Notes under the pieces: generated by a model
Database searches by the model: none
Told to the model about the DNA's origin: nothing
The model's input: only the letters and a program-made list of their open reading frames with translations
Made by a program: the position numbers and the translations under genes
Shown here: positions 52,352-64,000 of the stretch, piece after piece
How the letters are laid out: each line of letters begins with the position of its first letter
How positions within the stretch are numbered: position 1 is the first letter of the stretch
From: Octopus sinensis
Taxonomy: Eukaryota
Direction: 5' to 3'
Assembly (NCBI RefSeq): GCF_006345805.1
Contig: NC_042998.1
Span: 84,692,001-84,756,000, forward strand
Length of the DNA stretch: 64,000 nucleotides

Positions 52352-52924
52352 CTAGAAAGACAAATAAGTCGTAGAAAAATTTTGTTTGTGATCTTTTAAA
52401 ATAAAAAGGGGTTTTGTCTTCATCTGTAAGTCACATTTTTCCATAATTTTCTTAGCCTCAAGATTGGCTTTCCTGATAATCCTATAATTCTTTTGTATTT
52501 CTTTTCTGAGCAATTCTAGGTAATAGTCCTTGGTAAGCCTGTACAGGATTCCTGTTTTATCAGATTGAACTAGTATCCCATCCATGCTATGAATTTCTTT
52601 GGTGATATTGTGAAGATACCTCATGTGTTTATTCCTTAAGAGTGAATGGTGGAATTTCACATTCCTCATGATAGACCAGAGATCATCTTCAAACTGTTTC
52701 AATCTTGGGTTAGGTGGAGGACTGTTTTTAGATTTAAACAATTTTTTGAATTCAGAAGCTGGATTGTTAGAGGGCTGTTTAATGTCTTTATTGTCAAAGA
52801 AAAAAAGCAAGCCAACTAATATGGTAAATAAAGGAGTTCTCTTACTAATGAGTTGCTTAAGGAAAACCTTCCTTAGGGGAATGGGTAGATCCTTAAGAGA
52901 TGCATTTATATCAAATAACTCCAT
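52352..52924 (-). mobile_element. Penelope-like ORF fragment, identical copy 2
   Basis: Same 190-aa translation at offset 1307. Confidence 0.7.
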
Positions 52925-53587
52925 ATGTGGTAACTATTTTATTAGCAGGTTAAATGGAAACCTGGTTGAAGTGTATATAAATGTATGTGTTTTTTCCAGT
53001 GTTTACAAATAACAGAAAAAATGAATAAACAGTTACCAGGGCAGCAAAAATTCACACAAGTAACAAGGATGTAACAGCCTATTTATAAAGGTAGAAACTC
53101 CAGGTTTCAGTGAAATATTTTGTATAATATAGATAAATAAATAAATGGAGTTAAATGCAGGTGTTATTCAAATTCATTTACTTCTGACCTATGTTTTGAA
53201 GACAACATTGGTATTATTCCAGAAGGAATTAAATAGTGTAAAACAATGCAATCTTCTCATCAGGGAAATAAACCAAACACAATGGTAAGACATTTTAACA
53301 GAATGTGATGGCTGCGTATATGATGAAGAGAATGCTATCAAATTTTTTTTTAAACTGTTAGTAGATATAACTTCTTTTGGTCATAGACACTTAATGAGAG
53401 ACTAGGTGTCGCTGACTGGCTCCTGTGCCAGTGGCACGTAAAAAGCACCAACTGATTTTGGCCAATGCCAGTACTCCCTGGCTCTTTGTGCTCTTTGTGT
53501 CGGTGGCACGTAAAAAGCACCCACTACACTTATTACAATGCCTTATAGTGGATTTAGTAAAACAGAAACTGAAAGAAGCCCATTCTA

Positions 53588-53624
<37 letters not shown>

Positions 53625-54593
53625 GACTGGCTCCCATGCTGGTGGCATGTAAAAAGCACTATCTGAATGTGATCGATGCTAGGCCTGCCTGACTGGCTCC
53701 TGTGCCAGTGGCACGTAAAAAGCACCCACTACACTCTTGGAGTGGTTGGCGTTAGGAAGGGCATCCGGCTGTAGAAACATTGCCAGATGAGTCAAACCAT
53801 CCAACCCATGCCAGCATGGAAAACGGATGTTAAACGATGATGATGATGATATCAAAATATTTAGTAAAATTATTCTCATCTTCTACATTATATTTTCATC
53901 ATTTACATCTCCAGTCATTATTCGGTGCCTTATTTCTTGATATGTCTAAAGTACTGGAAATAGATTTGCACCAGGAATCTTTATTTCTAAATCAAGAGTT
54001 TTAAAATTCATATACTAACTAGACATAGGAATTTGATACAAAGCCTATCAGGGGAGTTTAGGTCATTTAGATAGCTGTTTGTTTGGGTTGTTTGTGTCAT
54101 CATATTGGTTTCTCAGCCTTGATGTAGACTTATGTCTCTAAAGCTGAATTTGGCAAGTGAACCAAATAATACACCTGATGACGAGGGGAAATTACATCAA
54201 TGGAACATAGATGTTTGCCGTGAGTATACAGACTCATGAAGCTAGATCTTATCTAGATTTCTGAAGCATTTAGATTACTGAGGGTACAAGAATTCCCCCT
54301 CAATAGGGTACCAATCCATTGAAATATTAATCCCACCCTGCACACCAGCTGTTACTGATACTTTTCAGTGAAGCAACATTAAATAAAGTACTCTGCTCAA
54401 TGCCACAACTCCCTCCTCCTCACCACCCTGCACCTGAGAAATGAACCTATGACCTAACAATCTTGAATCCAACACCAATCTACTCATCTTCTATTGGTTT
54501 GGTGTAAATATTAGAAATTGTTCCATCATTAAAGTTGATATTTTGGAAAATTAAAACCTCATTAACAATAACTTATCACAGGCATTTAAAGGT

Positions 54594-55990
54594 ATCATCA
54601 TCATCATTTAGCGTCCGCTTTCCATGCTAGCATGGGTTGGACGGTTTAACTGGGGTCTGTGAAGCCGGAAGGCTTCATCAGGCCCAGTCAGATTTGGCAG
54701 TGTTTCTACGGCTGGATGCCCTTCCTAACGCCAACCACTCCGCGAGTGTAGTGGGTGTTTTTTACGTGCCACCTGCACAGGTGCCAGACAGAGCTGGCGA
54801 ACGGCCACGAACGGATGGTGTTTTTACGTGTCACCGGCACGGGGCCAGGCAATGCTGGCAATGGACATGAACGGATGGTGCTTTTACGTGCCACCGACAC
54901 GGGGCCAGACAGAGCTGGCAAACGGCCATGAACGGACGGTGCTTTTACGTGTCACCTGCACGGGGGCCAGCCGAGGCTGGCTACGAACACGAACATATGG
55001 TGCTTTTACGTGCCACCGACACGGGGCCAGACAGAGCTGGCAAACGGCCACGAACGGACGGTGCTTTTACGTGTCACCTGCATGGGGGCCAGCCGAGGCT
55101 GGCAACGAACACGAACGGATGGTGCTTTTACGTGCCACTGACACGGGGCCAGACAGAGCTGGCAAACGGCCATGAACGGACGGTGCTTTTACGTGTCACC
55201 GGCACGGGGCCAGACGGAGCTGGCAAACGGCCACGAACGGACGGTGCTTTTACGTGTCACCGGCACGGGGCCAGGCGAGGCTGTCAACGAACACGAACGG
55301 ATGGTGCTTTTACGTGCCACCGACACGGGGGCCAGACAGAGCTGGCAAACGGCCACGAGCGAATGGTGCTTTTACGTATCACCGACACGGGTGCCAGATG
55401 AGGCTGACCGTGGACACGAACAGATGGGTCACTTAACCCCTGCTTTCTGATATATGATTTGATTTTGATTGTTCTCAGTGGTCTTGCCGGGTCTTCTGAC
55501 GCACAGCATATTTCCATAGGTCTCGATCTCTGGTCATTTCCTTGGTGAGACCTAGAGTTCGAAGGTCGTGCTTCACCACCTCGACCCAGGTTTTCCTGGG
55601 TCTACCTCTTCCACGGGTCCCCTCAACTGCCAGGGTGTGGCACTTTTTCACACACCTATCTTCATCCATTCTCGCCACATGACCATACCAGCTGAATCGT
55701 CTCTCTTGCACACAACATCTGATGCCTCTTAGGTCCAACTTTTCTCTCAAGGTACTTACACTCTGTCGACTATGAACACTGACATTACACATCCAACGGA
55801 GCATACTAGCTTCATTTCTCGCGAGCTTACGCATGTCCTCAGCAGTCACGGCCCATGTTTCACTGCCATGTAGCATGGCTGTTCGTACACATGCATCATA
55901 CAGTCTGCCTTTTACTCTGAGCGAGAGGCCTTTAGTCACCAACAGAGGTAAGAGCTCCCTAAACTTTGCCCAGGCTATTCTTACTCTAGC
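54594..55990 (-). mobile_element. Young 5'-truncated RTE LINE: intact ORF C-terminus, 3'UTR minisatellite and (GAT)n tail
   Basis: ORF 55475-55942 (KGRLYDACVRTAMLHGSETW...WYGHVARM...RGRGRPRKTW) has no stops; catcatcat tail at about 54596. Confidence 0.92.
54757..55427. repeat. Minisatellite of 11 units of about 60-61 bp inside the RTE 3'UTR
   Basis: ttttacgt(g/a) recurs every ~60-61 bp; two unit types mostly alternate. Confidence 0.9.
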
Positions 55991-56088
55991 CGTTACACTT
56001 TCAGCACACCCACCCCCTTTCTAAAGTAATTGTTTTTAATTTTTGTTTTAGCTATCGAATGGTTAAATAATAAAATTTTGTTTTACAG

Positions 56089-56308
56089 GTGGTCTTTTCA
56101 CACGTCTTCACTTCAACCTCTATTGAGATTTCTGCCTCTAATATTAATACATCTGCTGTAGAGGTCAGATTTGCTGGCAATCAGACTTTACTATCTAACC
56201 CTACCATATCTGGCAATGCAGCCTCATTTACAATTGAAAATCTTCACCCCGGAACTTTATACGATATTACTGAACTGCTTAATTCATCATCCTGGGTATT
56301 GACGACAC
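56089..56308 (+). CDS. Coding exon: end of signal peptide plus a short FN3-like module (VVFSHVFTS...FTIENLHPGTLYDIT...WVLTT)
   Basis: Acceptor ttttgttttacag ends at 56088 and donor C|GTAAGT starts at 56309. Only the phase-0 frame is open (73 codons + 1 nt). NLHPGTLYDI matches the FN3 L-x-P-G-T-x-Y motif. Confidence 0.85.
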
Positions 56309-56521
56309 GTAAGTAATAATAATTATTATTTTAAAAGACATATATATGCCTTTAGTTTTTTCATACCTTAACAATAACAGAAATGTAACTTGAATACACC
56401 AAGAATACTATAACACTGTATTACTTAATGCTTAAGATATTATTATTCTGAAATGTATTATTTTCTTACAGATGCTTATTAGTAGTGTTACTTTTGTTTA
56501 CTATTCCTCTTTTTTCTTTTT

Positions 56522-56860
56522 TGATATATCTTACTTGTTTCAGTCATGAGACTGCAGCAATGGAGAGTAATTTTAGTTGAATGTATCAACTCCAGTTCTT
56601 ATTCTTTCCAAATCTGGTGCTTATTTTATCGGTCTATTTTGCTGAACTGCTAAGTTATAGGGATGTAAACATATCGACACTGGCTGTCAAACAGTGGTGG
56701 GGGACAAACATAGTCACAAAGACGCATACACACACACACATATACATGATGGCTTTCTTTCAGATACTTTGAAGACACATGCCCAATGTGCCACACAATG
56801 GGTTTGAACCCAGAACCATCTGATTGGGAAGCAAACTTCTTACCATAGTCATGCCTGCAT
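56522..56860 (-). mobile_element. SINE family 1 (internally deleted)
   Basis: Reverse-complement match. Confidence 0.75.
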
Positions 56861-59100
56861 CTATAGCCACATTTGCATTTCTGTTAATATATACTTCTCA
56901 AGAAAATCTTGAGAATTTTGGCCTTATTAAGGTTAACAGTGGTGGACATCTCAAGCTTCAAGCTTTTTATTGCATTTATTTTTTGCTGGTGTTTAAGTAA
57001 TTTAGATAACCTGATTTTGGTTTCTGTACACACTTAGTTGAATTTGATGAGTCAACTGAAATCTTAATTTGGGCTATGAATTAAGATGAACTTAATTTAA
57101 GGCATATTATTGAATTAAGTTAGTGATGTTAACAGATCTGAACAGAACTCAAAGCTTGGATGATTAAAATTACTCCTATTCCTCACACCAAGCTCATTCA
57201 AACAATTCTCAAACAATTTTCAAAGTCCTCTTCTTTCTTCTTGGTAGAGATTAATACAGTCCTATATCAAGGTTGGTGTTAAATGAGATGAAGTTCAGAA
57301 TTCTAGAAACTGAACAGCATTTTTGATTTTATCTCACAGTATTTTTTGATGATCTCCTAATTTTATTACTCCTATTCATTTTAATATTGGATAACCTGAA
57401 AAAGATAGCTACTGAGAAAGTTTAGCATTAGTGTTTCAGTATTTTCTCAAAAGTTAATCAAGGCTATCTTTTCACTTTGCTAATTTTGATTTGAAATGAG
57501 TTAAAAAGTAATTGATAATGAGACAATTATCCTGTTTTTCTTTGTTGCTGTTGTTGTTATTTAAATCCTTTTGATACCAATCCACCTGAGATCATCCCTG
57601 ATTACTTGGTACAAAGTTCCTGTTTTAAAGAGATCTAAATTTAAAACTTATGTCAAAATTTCTGAATATCAACTTATTAATGACAAGATCAGTCTGCTAA
57701 ATTCTTCATCATTTCAAAATTAATTGAAGGAAAGGAATTGTGTTTCAACAAAGATATGTTCAAAAAAGGGATTAAGGAAAAATTGCAATATCTAAAGTCT
57801 TTTTAAGTTTTAATTGCTTAGATGGCAAGTTAAATCCAATTGTTCAATTATGTTACTCTAAATCCTGAAAATTCCATCCCCTCATGTTTTGTCTTCGGCC
57901 AACCTCACTCTGGACTCTCTCTCTCTTTCTCCTCCTTCTCTCTTAGTTCTGTTAACCACTTGCTTCTCCCAACAAATCCATAACTATATTTTGCAAAATG
58001 CTGGCTAAGTTGTTAAAATACTAGCCTGCTGGCTAAAGAGTTAATAACTTAAATTCCTTCACCAGTCAACTCAGAAATAAATTAATATAAGATGAATAAT
58101 TTGTTGAAGTCATCAAATATCCTCATGGCAAAACTCCAAACCCATAATTCCAAGGAATTCTTATTCAACAAGGGAGATAACACTCAACTGCTAATTTCCA
58201 AAAAAGCTCTTTGTAAACTCCACCACAGTCTGCATATTATTATGTGTGAAAAATTTTATTTTAAGTTTAATCAAGATAACTAATACTTTTAACCCACCTT
58301 TTCCTTCTCAATGTCCCCTAATGTCTTTAACTTTAGTTAAAAACATTCTTTACAACTATTGACTGCAGTGATAGTTGTGGTTGAATGGTTGAACACATAA
58401 ACTAACTTTTAGGGAGCAGATGAATTGCTTTCTTTGCAGAAGAGTTTATGATTGCTGGATCCCACATTTGAAGTAAGAGCACAAAATATGAGAGAAATAG
58501 TGTAGAGTTTAATGAGGGTAGAATCCAATTCAGATGCAGTTTTTGAAGATCATGACTAGTACCTCATTAGGAAACTTGAAGATTTTATTTTTAATGAGTG
58601 AAGAATTAATTGCACATGATACAGTTAATGTGGAATGATTAGAAAAATGAGTTAGATGTGGGATATCAAGCTAAAGACTTATTAGTGTGAAAAGTACAAT
58701 TGGTTCTTAAAGGACCATAAAATGTGACTGCTTTAATTTGTTGGGAGAGGAATAGTTTTGTCTGTATGGTAATACTGTCTATTCTTTGTTGGATAATTTA
58801 GAAAAACTGAAAGGAATCTTTCTGGTATGGGATTAGAATATTTGGCTGGAAATTGTGAGATTTAATATTCAACAGATATTGCATTATATGAAGGTAACTT
58901 GACCTCACAGATTGTAGTTTGTGCATGTAACCTGCAGTTAGTTTTAGTGTAGAATTTCCTGTAAGTAATTTCCTGTTTTTCAGTGATACTGTTCTAGCAC
59001 AATATCTTAGGGACATAAGTTTATGGGTTAAGTTGAGGTTTTTTTTTTGTTTTTAAGTTATCAGAAGTTTTTTTTTTTTAAATTAATTTTTTTTACATTT

Positions 59101-60050
59101 ATTAAGTTGGTGCAAAAAATAATTGCAGTTCTTATAATTATAAACTTTGGCACTTGTTTTGGAATTTTTTTTTTTATTATTCAACTATGTTTATGAAATA
59201 TACCATTTTTGAATACAGTTCCCAGTCTCCTGATTTATAATAATAGTTTTGCTTTGATTATTTATTTTGAAGATAGTGGTGGAGGGAAACAAATTTGAGT
59301 GATTTTAATGTGTGAATTCTGGTTGGAATGCAAAGTAGCAGAAAAATGCTTGCAATATCAGATAAGCATTTGGATAAAGAGCCATCAGAGACTAAACAGC
59401 TCAACATTGGTTTCCAAATTTCATAGTGCAGATGGAAGCCTTGAAGATAAGGGAGGCCACAGACAGCCTCCTGCCATTGACAACAACCAACTGAGACTGC
59501 ATCATAACTAAATGATGACCATTCAAGAATTAATATTTGCACTTCATTGGAAAGTCAAAACAGTTCAACAAATGGGTGTCACATGAGCTGAATGAAACTA
59601 AAGACAAAAAAATAAAATCACCATTGCATAGTATGATCTGCACATCTTTCCAATATGTTGTGAGTTGTGATGAAAAATGGATTGTTTACAACTATTGACT
59701 ACAGTGACTGGACCAAAGTGAAGCACTGGAACATTTTCCATCCTGAAGCTGCATAAAAAGAAGGTTAGGGTCACTGTTTGGTAATTGGTAAATGGCTTGT
59801 GGCAAAGTAATCTCAGCAGAGAAATATTCTCAGAAAATCAACAAAATATACAAGAACTGCCACATTTAATAAGGCATTAGTCAGTATAAAAAGATCAATT
59901 CTCTATGACAGCATCTAACCGCACCTCACAGATGAGTTTACAGATATTGAACAAACTGAGCTACAAAACTCTAACTCATCTAGCTTACTGAGACCTCTCT
60001 CCAAATGGCTACCCTTTTCTTCAAGTATCTCGAATCTTCCTGCAAAAGAA
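59101..60050 (+). mobile_element. Decayed mariner transposase
   Basis: Hsmar1-like TIR attaagttggtgcaaaaaataattgc; WVSHEL and VSCDEKWIVYN motifs; multiple stops. Confidence 0.8.
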
Positions 60051-60052
60051 TA

Positions 60053-60430
60053 GGCGTAGGAGTGGCTGTGTGGTAAGTAGCTTGCTTATCAACCACATGG
60101 TTCTGGGTTCAGTACCACAATGTGGTACCTTGGGCAAGTGTCTTCTACTATAGCCTCAGGTCGACCAGAGCCTTGTGAGGGAATTTGGCAGATGGAAACT
60201 GAAAGAAGCCTGTCGTATATATGTGTGTCTGTGTCCCCCCCAATATCGCTTCCCAACCGATGCTGGTGTGTTTACGTCCCCGTAACTTAGTGGTTTGGCA
60301 AAAGAGTTGGATAGAATAAGTACTAGGCTTACAAAGAATAAGTCCTGGGGTCGATTTGCTTGACTAAAGGTGGTGCTCCAGCATGGCCACAGTCAAATGA
60401 TTGAAACAAATGAAAAAAGTATAAGAGTAA
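60053..60430 (+). mobile_element. SINE family 1
   Basis: Full head to tail. Confidence 0.9.
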
Positions 60431-60875
60431 CCAAACAGCTGTTAAAATTCTTGTTCCAGTACTTGAAACTATGCTGCTGAAATAAATAGTTTCTTGTTGG
60501 AAAAAATGCGTGAATATTCTAATGGTTACTATATCTATTGTGACAGTGTATAGCTTAATGAATAGGGTGTTGCCCTCAGAATCACAAGATTATGGTTTCA
60601 ATTCCTGAACTGGGTGGTGCATTCTGTTTTTGAGCAAAAGACTTCATCTCATGTTGCTCTGCATTCATGTTGACACCTGACATTTGGCACATTGTAAACC
60701 TATTCAAGCAACATTGATTCAATGGAGAGAGTGTGCTAATGTACAGCGCATTTGCTTACTATAAACAAATCTTTTGTTCAGGTTGTTCAGCAAGAAATTG
60801 CAGAACCAGCTTTCTTGCACTTCAAGGGACTACCATCATTATATCTATTAATAAGTTTTATACTGAGCTTAGATA

Positions 60876-63208
60876 TACTCTGGTGTCTTGAATAATCATC
60901 ACCCCCAACACACACTTATTAATTTTCAGATTTTTTCCAATGCCCCACCACCGCTTTTATTCCAGCATCCCTGCCTATTAATTTTTCAGATTTTTTTCAC
61001 ACACTGCTTTTATCCCTCCCCTGGCTTATTAATTTTCAAGATATCTCCCCCTATTTTTATTCCAACCCTCCCTCCTTATTAAATTTTATCAATCTATCTC
61101 TGGTGAAATTTTTTGGAAGCTATTTATATTGATAGAACAGCTGGAGAATCTAATGATTATTTTATTTTATGTTAAAAACATTATATATAACAAAAACATT
61201 ACAAGTAATACCTTTTGTTATAAAATACATAGGATATATAAGCTAAATAACTAATTTTAGTTTAAAAAATAAAATCAAGGGTGACAGCGTAGAAAATTTT
61301 AAATAATGATTTCTCATTTAGGCACAAGGTCAACAATTTGTGGGGCAGAACAAGTGGATTAAAGCAGCTCAGTACATTACTGGTGCAGGATTGAACTCAG
61401 AATGTAATGGGCCATAACTCTATACTTCAAGGCATGTTGCCTGATATTTAGGCACAAGGCCAGCAATTTAAAGTGAAGGGGAAGTTGATTAAACTGACTC
61501 CCGTTACTAGTACTAGTACAAAACAAGAAACTCTGAGGAATTCATTATCATTTATACTGACACAAATTATGAATCAGCATGACAAAAACAAAAAAATAAC
61601 AGATGACAGGAATGGGAAGAAAACCTGGAGTGTTGTATTTGTTTTCATAACGCATGAAAGAAAAAATATTTATCCTCAGTATATGTAATCAACATTCACG
61701 TGGGTGACCCTTCAGCATTTTAGGGCATTGATAACTTTCAACCTTAAGAAGATCAATCATTTCAAGACACAACACATCTGCTTCAGGACACATATAAAAC
61801 AAAGAAATTGCTGTCATAATATATGCTTTACAACCAGCCAGAGTTTATAAAAACTTGAGGCTGGTCAACTGCCTCAGTCTGTAATGTGCATGAGTTTACT
61901 GCCACTCTACACTGTAGTCAACAAATCTTTGTTTTCAATTTCTCTACAATTTCTCTAGCAATCACCAACACAAATTCCACACAAACTAAGAACTTCAATG
62001 ATGAACTGTTTATCCTTACAAGACAAGCATTTTACAGAATAAGGATTTAACAACGTCAACACAACTCAAGTAATTTCTCTTTGAACTTTTTTTCATAACA
62101 TCATAATAGAGAAAAGAGTATTTCATGGTGCAACGTATGGAAATTATTCTATAGAAGAAAAGCAAGCACTTGCTATCATGAACAAATGCAATGAGGAGTA
62201 TGATTCTGAATTAGAGTGAATGAAAGGGAAAACTCATTAAGATGCTAAAAGGAAATGCCATGTCCCAGACACCCTGAAACAGGAATATCTCACCAAAGCA
62301 GTTTGTTTGTTTTACTTGAATTTGGCTGGTGTCAAAAACTCTGATCGACTGTTTGATTCTGCTGTTAAAGTAGCCAAATGCTGTTATGAAAAATATCTGA
62401 AAGGTGAACTTGACAGTGCTGAAAAAAGTCCAAAGAAACGTTTCAGAGTCACTGGAGGAGTTTGTAAAACAAAAGTACCAAGCATGAGAGAAGCCTTGTT
62501 TGACTGGTTTGCTCTATGGAGAACTGGCCCAAGGCAAGAGATATTGTTAGAATATCGCTGCATGCGATATCACCACAAACTCTTTTCCTATTACAGGCTG
62601 AGAAATTTTATGAGGAGTGTATTTGCCAGCACCCAGATACACCAACTGAGGAAAAGATTTATTTTTCAAAATGCTAGATGAAAGGTTGGCAAAAAGAGTT
62701 CAGGATATCACTGAAATTTCCAAACAAATGCATTTCAGTCTCCAAAGAACAATGTGTTGAGCGCATTCAGGATTATTTGAAGAACATATGGAGTATGCGT
62801 TGTTATTTCTTAGACAAATTTTGTTTAAATCCTCCTATTATCAATGTGTTTTATTTTAATTTCTTTTGAAAACATGTTGCTTGTATCAGTATCTTTTTAG
62901 TCCACAGCGTTTAAAAAGAAAATATATCCCATAATTAACAAATGTCTTATTTTTATTATCCAAATGTATAGCTTAATTAAAGCGAGCATTTGAAGAACAT
63001 GTATGTGCTAATTTCACTCCTTGCTCATTTCTTTTGCCTCGTTGTGTCGTTATATGTGCTTTAAGATGCTTTTTTTCCTGATTTTCATACATTCACTATA
63101 CAGTTACGCACCCCTGTTTATTCGAATCCACCCGCTTATATGAATTTAAGTAAATGTCCAACCCACCCGCTAATTCCCCACACCACTATTATTTGAGACC
63201 TAAGAGTA
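60876..63208 (+). mobile_element. Decayed pogo/Tigger-like DNA transposon with a duplicated right end
   Basis: Left TIR tactctggtgtcttgaataat, right TIR attatttgagacctaagagta (63188-63208) and a second right end ending at 63378. Transposase remnant KVPSMREALFDWF...WQKEFRISLKFPNK...ERIQDYLKNIW at about 62150-62860. Confidence 0.7.
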
Positions 63209-63540
63209 AATAACTGGTTTTTAAAAAAACAAGGGAGACAACTTATAAATTTTAGAATTTTATACAGTTACCACTATACAATTACCAATTTTCCAACTCA
63301 CCTGCTGATATGAATTTATGGAAATGTCCAACCCACCAGCTTATTCCACATATCCCTATTATTTTGGACTCGAGAGTATTGCTTTAAAGTTGATGGTTAA
63401 AACATGCAATTATTTTTGCACATAAATGATATAAAATATATTTATATAAAGATATTTATCATGTAAATTTTGTATTTTTTTCATGCATGTATGATACTGA
63501 TAATTATTTTTTGATGCATAAAATCCATTTTTTTTTTTAG

Positions 63541-63810
63541 GACCCTTAGAACCAACTAATATAACTGAAATTATTGTTACTGGAACAAATGTTTCTATTA
63601 AATGGCAATTTGACAAGCAGAAATCTGGTGGAGATGTATGGATAATTAAATACAAAGTCGAAAATGCAGACACTTACGAAGAAAAAAATAGGAGCTTACA
63701 AAGCATACAATTAATATTGCTAGAGGATGGTACAAAGTACGAAGTGGAAATATGGACTGTGGCTAACAATATGACAAGTGAAACATTCTTGAATACATCA
63801 TTTGTTACTG
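63541..63810 (+). CDS. Coding exon: complete fibronectin type III domain (R)PLEPTNITEIIVTGTNVSIKW...LEDGTKYEVEIWTVANNMTSETFLNTSFVT
   Basis: Poly-T acceptor ending AG at 63540 and donor G|GTAAGT at 63811. It is a 270-nt symmetric phase 1-1 exon with an open frame. FN3 hallmarks are present: P-x-x-P start, strand-B W, strand-C Y and L-x-x-G-T-x-Y. Not in the ORF track. Confidence 0.92.
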
Positions 63811-64000
63811 GTAAGTAGGCAAATTTAAAATTCTTTTTCAGAACATAAATTTGACTTTGCTTGTATGATCTTAATCAAAACAGCAAAAATTAAAATTCCT
63901 AAAATTAGATCAGGAATAAATGTATTTCTTTGAAGGAAATAATGCTATTAAAACTTTAGAAGGTTAAAGAAAAATTCATTTTCATGGTTAGAGATTTAAC

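Larger units (their letters stand above)
51006..53619. repeat. Apparently identical tandem duplication of a 1307-bp unit bounded by (TA)n tracts
   Basis: 51006-52312 equals 52313-53619 wherever I compared them; the ORF-track translations are identical. Confidence 0.92.

Noticed and set aside
54170-54220. Hammerhead from acacCTGATGA...
   Set aside because: GAAA, stem II and the cleavage triplet cannot be assigned; too decayed or chance.
54757-55427. CRISPR-like regular array
   Set aside because: The intervening parts are homologous to each other rather than unique spacers, there are no cas genes, and it lies in the 3'UTR of a eukaryotic RTE; it is a minisatellite.
59101-63428. One 4.3-kb mariner bounded by TIRs at 59101 and about 63420
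   Set aside because: The right-hand match is only about 17 nt and its terminal bases do not match; the transposase remnant ends near 60050, so a single element is not supported.

Overview
AT-rich, microsatellite- and transposon-dense animal genomic DNA. The repeat families (tRNA-headed SINEs with internal (TA)/(TG) tracts, RTE 3'UTR copies ending in (GAT)n, Penelope-like elements) look like those of Octopus/cephalopods; this is inferred, not searched. The only host gene I can support is a spliced + strand gene that the ORF track largely misses. Its coding exons are 41179-41244 (signal peptide), 56089-56308 (short FN3-like module) and 63541-63810 (full FN3 domain), with compatible splice phases 0/1/1. 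They give a 185-aa N-terminus of a secreted or type-I membrane FN3-repeat glycoprotein, possibly an R3-type receptor tyrosine phosphatase, that continues beyond the window. A CpG-retaining region at about 10.7-12.4 kb with a strong splice donor is a candidate promoter and 5'UTR exon. The rest is SINEs, RTE, CR1/L2-like and R4/Dong LINE fragments, Penelope-like (PLE) fragments, Helitrons, mariner, pogo, piggyBac-type MITEs and a Merlin-like foldback. The most interesting structure is a small non-coding PLE/retrozyme-like family. Two tandem copies at 48.7-49.3 kb each carry a type I hammerhead ribozyme core with an unusually long loop II. An inverted pair of the same family at 3.1-3.26 kb is joined at the predicted ribozyme cleavage site.
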